In this document: in pieces, positions 18,759-28,152 of the stretch | Position numbering within the stretch: the first letter of the stretch is position 1 | Layout: the number at the start of each line of letters is the position of its first letter | Source of the DNA: a virus | Lineage: Duplodnaviria; Caudoviricetes | DNA: 55,215 nt | Virus record (IMG/VR): IMGVR_UViG_3300020045_003176 | Coordinates: 1-55,215 of that record | Strand: one strand, 5' to 3' | Program-made: the position numbers and the translations under genes | The notes under the pieces: generated by a model | Told to the model about the DNA's origin: nothing | Database searches by the model: none | The model's input: the letters and a program-made list of their open reading frames with translations, nothing else

Positions 18759-20277
18759 TCTGATCGAGCGCGAGGCGGCGAATTACGCCTCTTCGACGTT
18801 TCCACCGCCAAGGGATTTCCAGATTATTGCGCATGAAGCGCTAAGGCAAGGTGTTCGTGACAAGCACCGATTGCAAATGGTCTGTGCGCCAACAGGATCA
18901 GGTAAAACGTATCTCGGGATGCGAGTAATTCAAGAGTGCCTGGTGCGCGGAAAATCAGCGATATTTGTTTGTGACCGAACGACACTTATCAATCAGACAT
19001 CGGCTGTCGCTGACTCATATGGTCTGTCTGCGCATGGGATATTGCAGGCAAACAACTGGCGGACAGACCTAGATTCAAAATTTCAGATTGCAAGTTGTCA
19101 GACACTTGCTAGGCGGAATTGGCCTGATGCGGACGTAATCGTAATTGACGAAGCTCATACTCAATATGCAGCATGGGTCGATCATGTGCAAAGCTGTAGG
19201 GCTGTTGTTATTGGCTTGAGCGCCACGCCGTTTAGTGATGGACTCGGCAAGATATTTACCAATCTAGTGAATGCTGCCACGATGAACGATCTTACTGAAT
19301 CGGGCGTATTGGTGCCAATGAAAGTATTTTCGTGCGCGAAGATCGACATGCACGGTGCCGCGACGGCGGGCGGGGAATGGACCGATAAAGCCGCTGAAAC
19401 TCGGGGCATGGCAATCATTGGTGATGTGGTAACTGAGTGGGTAAAGTATGCCAGCACTCGGAAGACTATTGTATTTGGCGCGACGATTGCGCATTGCGAG
19501 GAAATGTGCAAGCAATTTAACGAAGCCGGAATTATGGCGGCAACATTCACATGCGACACCACGTTCGAAGAGAGAGCAATACTTTTAAAAGAGTACCAAA
19601 AGCCTGACAGCGCATTGCGTGTGTTGATATCGGTCGAAGCGCTCGCCAAGGGATTCGATGTCAAAGACGTTGAATGCGTTTGTGATTGTCGGCCCTTACG
19701 AAAATCTCTTTCGACAGCCATTCAGATGTGGGGCAGAGGTCTGCGGTCGTCGCCAGAAACAGGAAAGAAGGATTGCTATCTTTTGGACTTCTCTGGGAAT
19801 ATCGTTCGGTTTGCGGAGGATTACGCGGACATTTTCTACAATGGCCTTGCGGCACTTGATGCAGGTGAAAAGCTCGATAAAGTTATCCGAAAAGACGACG
19901 AGGAAAAGCCCGAAGGTAAAGCGTGCCAGAAATGCGGATACACACCATGCGGCAAGCGCTGTGTAGCGTGCGGATTTGAATTCAAACCCATGAACATGGT
20001 TGAGCATGAAGCCGGTGAAATGTCCGAATTCAAGGTAGGGAAAGCGACGGTAGGTAACAAGCTGGAAGTATGGGAACAATGCTGTACGCTGGTCAGAGGG
20101 CAAGGAAAGCCAGATACAGCAGCCGGGCGAGCGGCGCACCTTTACAAGAGCATTACTGGTTCATTCCCTCGACTCATGCCAGCATTTGAGGCAACGCGGA
20201 ACGTGCCGATCAGTCGTGGTGTTTTGAATAAACAACGAGCAAATTATATTGCCTATCGTGCGAAAGTTGCGGCATGA
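18748..20277 (+). CDS. SF2 DEAH-box helicase with C-terminal zinc finger
   Basis: APTGSGKT, DEAH, SAT, QMWGRGLR, CQKC..CVAC. Confidence 0.92.
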   Translation: MQADLIEREAANYASSTFPPPRDFQIIAHEALRQGVRDKHRLQMVCAPTGSGKTYLGMRVIQECLVRGKSAIFVCDRTTLINQTSAVADSYGLSAHGILQANNWRTDLDSKFQIASCQTLARRNWPDADVIVIDEAHTQYAAWVDHVQSCRAVVIGLSATPFSDGLGKIFTNLVNAATMNDLTESGVLVPMKVFSCAKIDMHGAATAGGEWTDKAAETRGMAIIGDVVTEWVKYASTRKTIVFGATIAHCEEMCKQFNEAGIMAATFTCDTTFEERAILLKEYQKPDSALRVLISVEALAKGFDVKDVECVCDCRPLRKSLSTAIQMWGRGLRSSPETGKKDCYLLDFSGNIVRFAEDYADIFYNGLAALDAGEKLDKVIRKDDEEKPEGKACQKCGYTPCGKRCVACGFEFKPMNMVEHEAGEMSEFKVGKATVGNKLEVWEQCCTLVRGQGKPDTAAGRAAHLYKSITGSFPRLMPAFEATRNVPISRGVLNKQRANYIAYRAKVAA

Positions 20278-21122
20278 CATTTACTGAATTTGCGCGCTGC
20301 CACGGTGTTGAAATTTCCGAACTACGTCAAGGTGACAAGATATACCGTTGCCCAACGACAGCACACCCACGATCTGAAAACGGTGCTTATTGGTTCGATG
20401 GTCGCAAAGGGTGGGCGATGAACTGGGAGACCGGAGAACCGGCCCAGTGGTGGAATGACGAAAACGCTAAACCTTGGACGGATCGAGAAAAGCACGAATG
20501 GGCGCGCAATCGAAAGTTGGCGGAAGCTGCCAAAGGGCAGGCTTACGATGAGGCCATAAAGAGGGCAGCAGTGGCGATAAAAGATGCAAGTAGGGGCACG
20601 CATCAATATCTCATTGAAAAGGGGTTCAAAGACGCGATAGGACTCATCGGATCAGACGGCGAACTGATCATTCCGATGCGCGATTGTCAGAGCGGTCAAT
20701 TACTTGGGTTGCAAACCATTGACCTAATCGACAACGTATGGAAAAAGAAGATGCTTCACGGCATGAGGGCGAAAGGTGCCGTGCTGAGACTCGGACCACC
20801 AAAAGCGGTCGAATCGTGTTTAGTTGAAGGGTACGCCGATGGATTGTCAGTTGATGCTGCCTTGCGTCTTCTTAAGCTAAACGCGGCTGTTGTGATCTGT
20901 TTTTCAGCAGGGAATCTTGTGTATGTGTCGCAACTTGTGACAGGGCGGCGATATATCTACGCGGACAACGACGTATCACGAACCGGGGAAAAGTCGGCAA
21001 TTGCAACCGGCCTACCCTATTGCATGAGTGACACCGTAGGAAATGATCCAAATGACGACCACCAGCAGAAAGGAATAATGGCCGTTGCAAAGAAGATTAT
21101 GGAGGCAAGGAAAAAGACGTAA
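20274..21122 (+). CDS. TOPRIM-domain DNA primase
   Basis: VEGYADG, ADND, D.ND motifs; coupled to the helicase. Confidence 0.88.
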   Translation: MTFTEFARCHGVEISELRQGDKIYRCPTTAHPRSENGAYWFDGRKGWAMNWETGEPAQWWNDENAKPWTDREKHEWARNRKLAEAAKGQAYDEAIKRAAVAIKDASRGTHQYLIEKGFKDAIGLIGSDGELIIPMRDCQSGQLLGLQTIDLIDNVWKKKMLHGMRAKGAVLRLGPPKAVESCLVEGYADGLSVDAALRLLKLNAAVVICFSAGNLVYVSQLVTGRRYIYADNDVSRTGEKSAIATGLPYCMSDTVGNDPNDDHQQKGIMAVAKKIMEARKKT

Positions 21123-21596
21123 AACATAACATTGGTCTATCGGGCTAAGTTGGTGAGCTAAAAGCGGAGTGTCCAGGCTGGAAATGCACGCGAAGAAACA
21201 TGGGTGCGGCATGTAGAACCTGGGTCAGCCAATAACGACGTTCTGGGATGTTGTGGATGTGCGCACAGAAGTTGCAGGCGCAAACTGGCGGTCAATAATA
21301 GGTGCTGTGCCCCCTTGGGTGGGAACGCAAATCCGTTCTTCAATGTGACGGTGTGAAGCGGCAGACGGTCTATTGTCCTCGGGACAGTGCAAGGCGGGCG
21401 TTTGGGTGCGTCCGCAAATCCGAGATTACTGAGTAGCTACGCCCTAGCGAAACGTGCCATGTGGCTCTACAAGTTCGGCTCCGGTCGTCATGTCGATTTC
21501 ATGGAAAGACCCCAACCCGATAATACTAATTGGGAAGGCGGTCTTTTGCCTGTAGATACAGTTCTCACCTGTAGTCATGATGGAGTTTGAGAGTAA
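21123..21596 (+). ncRNA. candidate structured noncoding element (RNA or origin)
   Basis: ~470 nt gap in a densely coding operon, with nested helices. Confidence 0.35.
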
Positions 21597-21785
21597 ATGA
21601 ATATCACTACCGGCCCCTTGGTCGAAGCATACGCCAAGAAGTTCAGCGTACCAGTCAGCGAAGTCCTAGAATGGATAGATGCTTACGTCCATGCGAAAGG
21701 ACTGCCTGACAACATGGAAATAGAACCTACCGAGCGCGAGCGTGCGACGTCGATTCGCGCCTACATGAAAAGGGAAACGGAATGA
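21597..21785 (+). CDS. hypothetical protein
   Basis: GAG-rich SD, ATGA coupling. Confidence 0.55.
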   Translation: MNITTGPLVEAYAKKFSVPVSEVLEWIDAYVHAKGLPDNMEIEPTERERATSIRAYMKRETE

Positions 21786-22003
21786 CCGCAGACGAACTAA
21801 AAGCAGCTAAGGAATACGCCACTGGAGTCCGCGACGGCTTCAAGACTGGAGGCAGAGAAGCCATGTCGGCCATGATCCTTGCCCTGGTAGCAGAGATAGA
21901 GCTTAGGGACCGTCTAGCGGCTGCTGATGCGCTAATTGCCGCAGGAAAGCGCAAGGCTGATTCTGCCGAAGAGTTGAATTTCCTGAAAGGACTGTTTCGG
22001 TGA
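21782..22003 (+). CDS. hypothetical protein
   Basis: ATGA coupling. Confidence 0.55.
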   Translation: MTADELKAAKEYATGVRDGFKTGGREAMSAMILALVAEIELRDRLAAADALIAAGKRKADSAEELNFLKGLFR

Positions 22004-22200
22004 GAACAGCAACGCCCGCATTAATTGAAAATTTACGATTCCTTGCAAGTAATGTTGCTTGGCCCGTAGTTGCACCAAATGCAGACGTGGTGATTGCTGA
22101 GGCAGCAGATAGGCTTGTTGAATTGCAACATCAACTGGATGTAATGAGGCAAGAATGCGAGGACTGGATGACACTATTCAAGCAAGTGAAAGGCGAGTGA
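22000..22200 (+). CDS. hypothetical protein (EAADRL motif)
   Basis: GTGA coupling. Confidence 0.55.
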   Translation: MRTATPALIENLRFLASNVAWPVVAPNADVVIAEAADRLVELQHQLDVMRQECEDWMTLFKQVKGE

Positions 22201-22253
22201 AATATATTTTCTCTGGCGCGTAAAAACTGCTTGTTTATCGGTATAATTTGCGC

Positions 22254-23636
22254 ATGGATAAAACATACGAAGAATTCTTAAACTTCAAGAGTCAGCACAC
22301 AGGTGGCGACGGATTTGCTCCAGTGTTTATGCCTGACTACCTAATTGACTTCCAGGAACATCTAGTCGATTGGTCGGTCAGGAATGGACGGACGGCAATC
22401 TTTGGGGATTGTGGATTAGGAAAAACGCTCCTTGAGTTTGTGTTTGCTGAAAACATCGTCAGGAAAACAAACAAGAATGTACTTCTTGTCACTGTCCTAG
22501 CGGTTGGCGCGCAGATGGTACTTGAGGCAGAAAAGTTCGGGATTGAGGTACATCGGTCGCATGATGGTAGGGTGTATCGAGGCATCACGATTACGAACTA
22601 TGAGCAGTTGCACAAGTTTAATCCGAATGATTTTGTTGCTCTCGTATGCGACGAAAGTTCGATCATCAAAAATTATGCCGGTATGCGCCGTGGTGAGATA
22701 ACGTCATTCATGCGCAAGATGCAATACAGGCTACTTGCGACAGCTACCGCCGCACCGAATGACTACTTGGAACTAGGAACATCCTCCGAGGCGCTAGGGT
22801 ATCTCGGACACATGGACATGCTGGCGCGGTTTTTTAAGAATGATCTGAACAACTCTGCTACGGGCCGGATGCGCGGCGAGGTTATCAAGTGGCGATTCAA
22901 AGGCCATGCCGAGTTACCGTTTTGGAAGTGGGTCTGCTCATGGGCGAGAGCGATCAGGAAGCCATCTGATCTAGGGTTTGATGATACCAAGTTCATCCTT
23001 CCGCCAATGATCGAGCAAGAACATTTAGTGCAAGTGAATTCGTTAGCGGATGGCATGTTGTTTGCGCTGCCTGCGGTTGGACTCAAGGAGCAGCGAGACG
23101 AGAGGAGGAGGTCAATCGTTGAACGATGCGAGAAAGTCGCTTCACTCGTCAATCATACCGGCGAGCAGGCATTGATCTGGTGTCACTTGAATGAGGAAGG
23201 CGACACACTGGAGCGGATGATACCGGATGCTGTTCAAGTGAGTGGATCTGACAGCGACGAGGCAAAGGAAGAGAAACTGCTCGCCTTTGCGAAAGGATCG
23301 GCACGGGTATTGGTCAGTAAGCAAAAGATAGCAGGATTCGGATTGAACTACCAAAATTGCCATCATGTTCTAGCGTTTCCTTCGCACAGTTACGAGCAGT
23401 ATTATCAAGGAATTCGACGTTGCTGGCGGTTTGGCCAAAAGCATCCGGTCAAGGTGGATATCATAACGACTGAAGGGGAGAACGGAGTATTGAAGAATCT
23501 TCAGAGGAAATCAGCGCAGGCCGACAAGATGTTTACCAATCTAGTCGCACAAATGAACGCATCCATGGCAATCGCTAGGCATACTAATTTCAACAAACAA
23601 TTGGAGTCTCCAGCATGGCTGTCTTCGATCAACTGA
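22254..23636 (+). CDS. SNF2-like helicase/ATPase
   Basis: GDCGLGKT, DESS, TATAAPND, QGIRRCWRFGQ. Confidence 0.88.
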   Translation: MDKTYEEFLNFKSQHTGGDGFAPVFMPDYLIDFQEHLVDWSVRNGRTAIFGDCGLGKTLLEFVFAENIVRKTNKNVLLVTVLAVGAQMVLEAEKFGIEVHRSHDGRVYRGITITNYEQLHKFNPNDFVALVCDESSIIKNYAGMRRGEITSFMRKMQYRLLATATAAPNDYLELGTSSEALGYLGHMDMLARFFKNDLNNSATGRMRGEVIKWRFKGHAELPFWKWVCSWARAIRKPSDLGFDDTKFILPPMIEQEHLVQVNSLADGMLFALPAVGLKEQRDERRRSIVERCEKVASLVNHTGEQALIWCHLNEEGDTLERMIPDAVQVSGSDSDEAKEEKLLAFAKGSARVLVSKQKIAGFGLNYQNCHHVLAFPSHSYEQYYQGIRRCWRFGQKHPVKVDIITTEGENGVLKNLQRKSAQADKMFTNLVAQMNASMAIARHTNFNKQLESPAWLSSIN

Positions 23637-24604
23637 TAACCGATAAGTTCGCTTTGTACCACTCAGGGTGCGTCGAGGTCATGCAGGATTTGCCGGAAAA
23701 ATCAATTGCGCTTTCGGTATATTCACCTCCATTTTGTGGCATGTATCAATATTCAAGCCATGAAAGCGACTTATCGAATTGCAAGAGTTACGGTGAGTTC
23801 TTTGATCACTACGCCTTTGTTGTTCATGAGATTGCCAGAGTCACCATGTCAGGCAGAATGACAGCGGTGCATTGCATGGATGTACCAAATAGCAACAGCG
23901 GAACAGACTCCTATCGTGACTTCCCAGGAGACATTATTCGACTTCATGAAAAAGAAGGATTCAAGTATGCGGGCCGGCACATGATATGGAAAGAACCGTT
24001 AGCAGTTCGATTGCGGACCATGCAGAAGAACTTAGCCCATTCATCACTGTGCGCTGACTCGATTGATTGCGGTGTCGCATCAGGGGATTACTTGCTGATC
24101 TTTCGTCGGAATGGGGAAAACAAAATACCTGTCGCGCATCCTGTAGGGATGTTGGAATACGCGGGAGAAAGAAAACCGCCTGCGGATATTCTCCATTATC
24201 GAGGATGGACCGGAAAGCAGACAGAGAATCGGTTCTCTCACTGGATATGGAGGCAGTACGCTGATTGCATGTGGGACGATATCAGAATGAATCGGGTATT
24301 ACCATACAAAGAAGCACGCGGAGCAGACGATGAAAAGCATGTCCATCCGTTGCAGTTGGATGTAATCGACCGGATTGTTGTTCTTCGCACGAATCCTGGT
24401 GAAACGGTTCTGACCCCATTTATGGGGGTTGGATCGGAGGCTTATTCGGCGGTGTCGTTAGGTCGGCGTGCGGTAGGTATCGAGTTGAAAGCGACTTATT
24501 ACCGACAAGCTGTTAAAAATCTGGAACTCGCAGCGGCTGGTGGTAGTCACTTTGCCGATAACCAGGAGTTGAAATTTGATGACGAAAACGGGTTAGCCGC
24601 ATGA
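23615..24604 (+). CDS. DNA amino-methyltransferase (N4C/N6A, beta class)
   Basis: SPPF catalytic motif precedes the PFMGVGS SAM-binding motif. Confidence 0.88.
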   Translation: MAVFDQLITDKFALYHSGCVEVMQDLPEKSIALSVYSPPFCGMYQYSSHESDLSNCKSYGEFFDHYAFVVHEIARVTMSGRMTAVHCMDVPNSNSGTDSYRDFPGDIIRLHEKEGFKYAGRHMIWKEPLAVRLRTMQKNLAHSSLCADSIDCGVASGDYLLIFRRNGENKIPVAHPVGMLEYAGERKPPADILHYRGWTGKQTENRFSHWIWRQYADCMWDDIRMNRVLPYKEARGADDEKHVHPLQLDVIDRIVVLRTNPGETVLTPFMGVGSEAYSAVSLGRRAVGIELKATYYRQAVKNLELAAAGGSHFADNQELKFDDENGLAA

Positions 24605-24789
24605 GAATCACTGAAATAGAATTCATCCGCACCTTCCAATCCATCCATCCGGTATCTGGCCTGGTTGGCGAATGGTACGCGATCCCCGGCGGTGGAGTAG
24701 CGCTGAAAGCAACGCTTGAGAAGTGGGCGCAAGAGAATGTGGTAAGGGCGCGGTTCAGGTCGTGGCGTGATTCGGTGGTGGAGTTATGA
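24601..24789 (+). CDS. hypothetical protein
   Basis: ATGA coupling. Confidence 0.5.
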   Translation: MRITEIEFIRTFQSIHPVSGLVGEWYAIPGGGVALKATLEKWAQENVVRARFRSWRDSVVEL

Positions 24790-24961
24790 CCGTATTAGTT
24801 CTCATCCTTCCCAACAACGAATATCAGCGATGGGAGAATCGCACAATGACGCATCATGTTATCGTCGAGCGAGAGCGGACGAAAGAAGAGATTGAGGAAT
24901 TTCGCGTAAATCCAAAGTCATGGATTAGTGAAGAACCTTGGGACGATGAGCCGGAGTACGC

Positions 24962-25207
24962 ATGAATAACCGAGGCGAGAATCATCACAAAGCGATCCTC
25001 ACGGATGACGATGTTCGGGAGATTCGCAGGCTAGGCGATAAACGTGAAGCCGTGAAAGAGGAACTAGAAGCCGCGATGAAGCAGGTCGAATCGCTGAAAG
25101 ACGAACTCCGAGAAGTCTATTCAATCTCCTCATGGGCAGAATATTACGGGGTCAGCGCGATTAATATTTATAATATTTTGGCGTACAAGACGAGGAATGA
25201 TGCGTGA
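24962..25207 (+). CDS. HTH-like protein (GENHHKAILT..DV..IR)
   Basis: Motif resembles the C-terminal DNA-binding domain of HNH homing endonucleases; GGAG SD. Confidence 0.55.
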   Translation: MNNRGENHHKAILTDDDVREIRRLGDKREAVKEELEAAMKQVESLKDELREVYSISSWAEYYGVSAINIYNILAYKTRNDA

Positions 25208-25392
25208 TTCGTTCTCGTGAAAGGAATAGGAGATGGCCAACAAAGGTAGGTACGCCAGGTAGCCGCTGGCATTGTTGATTTAATGGGAGTTGTGATCGGT
25301 CCTATAAGGGTGTTTCTGATCGCAGCTTTTGATACTCGGTGGCCGTCGATAAAAAAGAAGGCCGAGGAATTAAATAATAGGCTGATTTACTA

Positions 25393-25962
25393 ATGACCCG
25401 TCGCTGTAAAATCTGCAAGGAAAAGTACGAGCCGATTCGACCTCTCCAGGTCGCATGTGGGTTTCTTTGTGCAATGGTACTTGTAACTAGGCAGCGTGAA
25501 AAGAAGGCAGCGGCAGATGCAAAAGTTAGAGCGAAACAGCAGCGCGAGTCTGACAAGGAAAGGCGCGATGCACTCAGGAAGCCGCAATATTTCCTAAAGC
25601 GAGCAGAACATGCGGTCAATGCGTGGTGTCGCTGGCGAGATAGGTTCGAACCGTGCATTTCATGTGGCACGAACGATGCCGAAGAATGGCACGCTGGACA
25701 CCTAATTCCAGTCGGTGCCAGCAGTTTTAGCCGATTTGATCCTCTGAATATTAATAAACAGTGTCGCCAATGCAATTATTTTGGCGCTGGACGGGCTACA
25801 GACTACGAGGTAAGGTTACGTGCCAAGATTGGGAATGAGGCCGTAGAACGGCTTAAAAACGCGCCACGATTGAGAATATGGACTAGAGAAGAATTGCAGG
25901 CGATAGAAAAGGACTTTAAGCAGCGATTGAAAGATGGTATGAAAAATGACACCGTGGCATGA
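25393..25962 (+). CDS. ninG: NinG/Rap junction endonuclease
   Basis: RRCKIC, RD..PCISCG, WHAGH, RF..NI.KQC..CN. Confidence 0.9.
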   Translation: MTRRCKICKEKYEPIRPLQVACGFLCAMVLVTRQREKKAAADAKVRAKQQRESDKERRDALRKPQYFLKRAEHAVNAWCRWRDRFEPCISCGTNDAEEWHAGHLIPVGASSFSRFDPLNINKQCRQCNYFGAGRATDYEVRLRAKIGNEAVERLKNAPRLRIWTREELQAIEKDFKQRLKDGMKNDTVA

Positions 25963-26182
25963 ATTCGTCCGAGGCGAGCGACCATTACCGCCCATAGTCG
26001 GATCGTTCGCTGCGGCTAATCTCGCCCTGGAAGAGTACAAAGTCTGCCGAAAATGTCAGGGACCAGCGCAGCCGGTGAGTGCATTCCGGCGAAGGAAGGA
26101 CACAGGCGAATTGCGTAGCGAGTGTATCGAGTGTGAGAAATTGAGGAAACGGATAGCGAGGGCAAAGAATGGGAACGATTAA
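25946..26182 (+). CDS. zinc-binding hypothetical protein
   Basis: KVCRKC...F...CIEC. Confidence 0.55.
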   Translation: MTPWHEFVRGERPLPPIVGSFAAANLALEEYKVCRKCQGPAQPVSAFRRRKDTGELRSECIECEKLRKRIARAKNGND

Positions 26183-26441
26183 CCCGTTCGACCAATTTTG
26201 TTTCGGTATGAGGCAATTGCCGACTCTGGATAATTTGTATCCTGGCACAAAGACGATCCCGATGGTGCCAGTTCGTGATGTGCGCGACTATGAGATGAAA
26301 GTGTGTGACAGGTGCTTGTTTCCGAAAATCATTACCGCATTTGCGATCAGCAAGAAGACAAATAAAAACGGATTTATCGCATATCGAAAGCTATGCAAGA
26401 AATGTTACAACGAAACGCGACGAGTGATCAAGGGGAAGTGA
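26169..26441 (+). CDS. zinc-binding hypothetical protein
   Basis: KVCDRC...F...CKKC. Confidence 0.55.
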   Translation: MGTINPFDQFCFGMRQLPTLDNLYPGTKTIPMVPVRDVRDYEMKVCDRCLFPKIITAFAISKKTNKNGFIAYRKLCKKCYNETRRVIKGK

Positions 26442-26442
26442 A

Positions 26443-27192
26443 ATTATCCATTACCACGGCCTACCGATAACCCCAGGGAAGGCAGCTATGGCGGCAATCA
26501 GCGGTGGTCATCCGTTTATCTCTGTTCGTTACGCAGATCAACTCGGCTTAGCGCTCGAATGTTGCCAAAGTCTAGCGGTGGATAATAGCGCGTTCTCGGC
26601 ATGGAAAGACGGCAATCCGATAACTAATTGGGAATTCTATTACAAGTGGATTGCTGAACTTCACAGATACCCGCAATTTGACTTTGCCGTTATACCGGAT
26701 GTGATAGATGGCAACGAATCTGATAACGATGCATTAGTTGAAGCATGGCCTTGGCAGACCGCAAAGAATAAATGGGTTGGTGCTCCTGTGTGGCATATGC
26801 ATGAAAGCATTGATCGGCTTAAACGATTAGCACACGAATGGCCGCGTATATGCCTTGGCTCCAGTGGGCAATATTCGACTGTAGGTGATTATAGGTGGTG
26901 GAATAGGATGGCCGAAGCGATGAATGCGGTATGCGACAAACTAGGTAATCCAATTGCTAAACTTCATGGCCTGCGCATGCTGAACCCGGATGTGTTTTCT
27001 CGCCTTCCATTCTCCAGCGCGGACAGCACGAATATTGCGCAGAACGTGGGCATTGACTCAGCATGGAGAGGAACCTACACGCCGGCCAGCAAGGAAGTGC
27101 GCGCTCTAGTGATGCGAAATCGAATCGAGTCTATTCAGTCCCCGACATTTTGGGACAAGCAGGCCATCCAAGGAGATCTATTATGCGCGTAA
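26443..27192 (+). CDS. TGT/DpdA-like TIM-barrel transglycosylase (putative); ATT start proposed, first ATG at 26488
   Basis: IHYHG.PITP N-terminus; DNSAFS, PDVI, PVWH, LGSSG, HGLR, SADST echo the TGT-family motif order. Confidence 0.6.
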   Translation: MIHYHGLPITPGKAAMAAISGGHPFISVRYADQLGLALECCQSLAVDNSAFSAWKDGNPITNWEFYYKWIAELHRYPQFDFAVIPDVIDGNESDNDALVEAWPWQTAKNKWVGAPVWHMHESIDRLKRLAHEWPRICLGSSGQYSTVGDYRWWNRMAEAMNAVCDKLGNPIAKLHGLRMLNPDVFSRLPFSSADSTNIAQNVGIDSAWRGTYTPASKEVRALVMRNRIESIQSPTFWDKQAIQGDLLCA

Positions 27193-27431
27193 CGTATAGC
27201 CTGGAGATCACGGCAATTTGCCCGGTCGATAGCAAGCCAGATGTTTATGAATGCGTGATCGAATCGCGGCGAGTTATCCCGGTCGAGGACATCTTGAAGG
27301 CCGCACAAACTGTAAAAAACATGGTGTCGTATCAAGAGGAAATTTGTCAGGAACTGCACCGGAGTTTGGCATGTTGCGTGCGTCTGACGGGCTATCACAG
27401 CGGCGTGCGGACGGACGTTGTATGTGGATGA
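27183..27431 (+). CDS. QueF-like single T-fold protein
   Basis: 82 aa; CPVDSKPD (cf. QueF CPxTxxPD), VE, YQEE, HSGV; GGAG SD. Confidence 0.65.
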   Translation: MRVTYSLEITAICPVDSKPDVYECVIESRRVIPVEDILKAAQTVKNMVSYQEEICQELHRSLACCVRLTGYHSGVRTDVVCG

Positions 27432-27459
27432 TGGCGCGGAAACAGGGGAGACGGAAATA

Positions 27460-27855
27460 ATGGGAACGAACTACTACCTACATCAAAAACCAGACTGTGA
27501 ATGCTGCGGGCGGCCATTTGAGCCGTTGCACATCGGCAAAAGCTCAGGCGGATGGTGCTTTAGTTTGCACGTAATGCCTGATGACAACATCCACGATCTG
27601 GATGATTGGCGGAATGAATGGGCAAAGCCAGGGGCATTCATCCGCAACGAATACGGCGAGAAAGTTTCAATTGCTGAAATGGAATTAATTATCACGGTGC
27701 GGAGTGGGAAAAAGCCGCCGGAGTGGAGTCCTGGTGAGTATCGGAGCAACTACGGTGAGCCAGGACCAAATAATTTAGTGCGCCACGCGATTGGAGAATA
27801 TTGCATCAAGCATGGATCTGGAACGTGGGATTGCTGTACGGGAGAATTCTTGTGA
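27460..27855 (+). CDS. conserved phage protein (MGTNYY...LHIGKSS.GW.F...DEYG/NEYG)
   Basis: Recognisable motif set. Confidence 0.7.
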   Translation: MGTNYYLHQKPDCECCGRPFEPLHIGKSSGGWCFSLHVMPDDNIHDLDDWRNEWAKPGAFIRNEYGEKVSIAEMELIITVRSGKKPPEWSPGEYRSNYGEPGPNNLVRHAIGEYCIKHGSGTWDCCTGEFL

Positions 27856-28112
27856 GCGAATGGCAAATACTCCTAGCCCAGATAGATCAAGGACCAAGGC
27901 GATGGGGAGACGTGACATTGCAATCTGCTGCGGTAGGCCGAGGCAAGTCTAAGGCGCATGAGTTCATTGATGGAAAGCGGATATGTCTTGGGTGCGGCCA
28001 TAATAGGATGGCAAGGGAATACCCTACATACACGTCTAAATCCGGTGCAACTGTGCATAAAAGTCAGTGTCGGTTATGCCGAAATAAATCGCGTAGGGTG
28101 CCTAAGCAATAA
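27852..28112 (+). CDS. zinc-binding hypothetical protein
   Basis: GTGA coupling; CLGC...CRLC. Confidence 0.5.
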   Translation: MSEWQILLAQIDQGPRRWGDVTLQSAAVGRGKSKAHEFIDGKRICLGCGHNRMAREYPTYTSKSGATVHKSQCRLCRNKSRRVPKQ

Positions 28113-28116
28113 TATC

Positions 28117-28146
28117 TTGACCTGTACAAAATACCACTGGTAGAAT
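28117..28146 (+). promoter_or_regulatory. sigma70 promoter
   Basis: TTGACC-N18-TAGAAT with TGG extended -10. Confidence 0.7.
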
Positions 28147-28152
28147 TTACAG

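Noticed and set aside
25208-25392. Hairpins upstream of ninG as an ncRNA
   Set aside because: Only one good stem, and short ORFs could account for the gap
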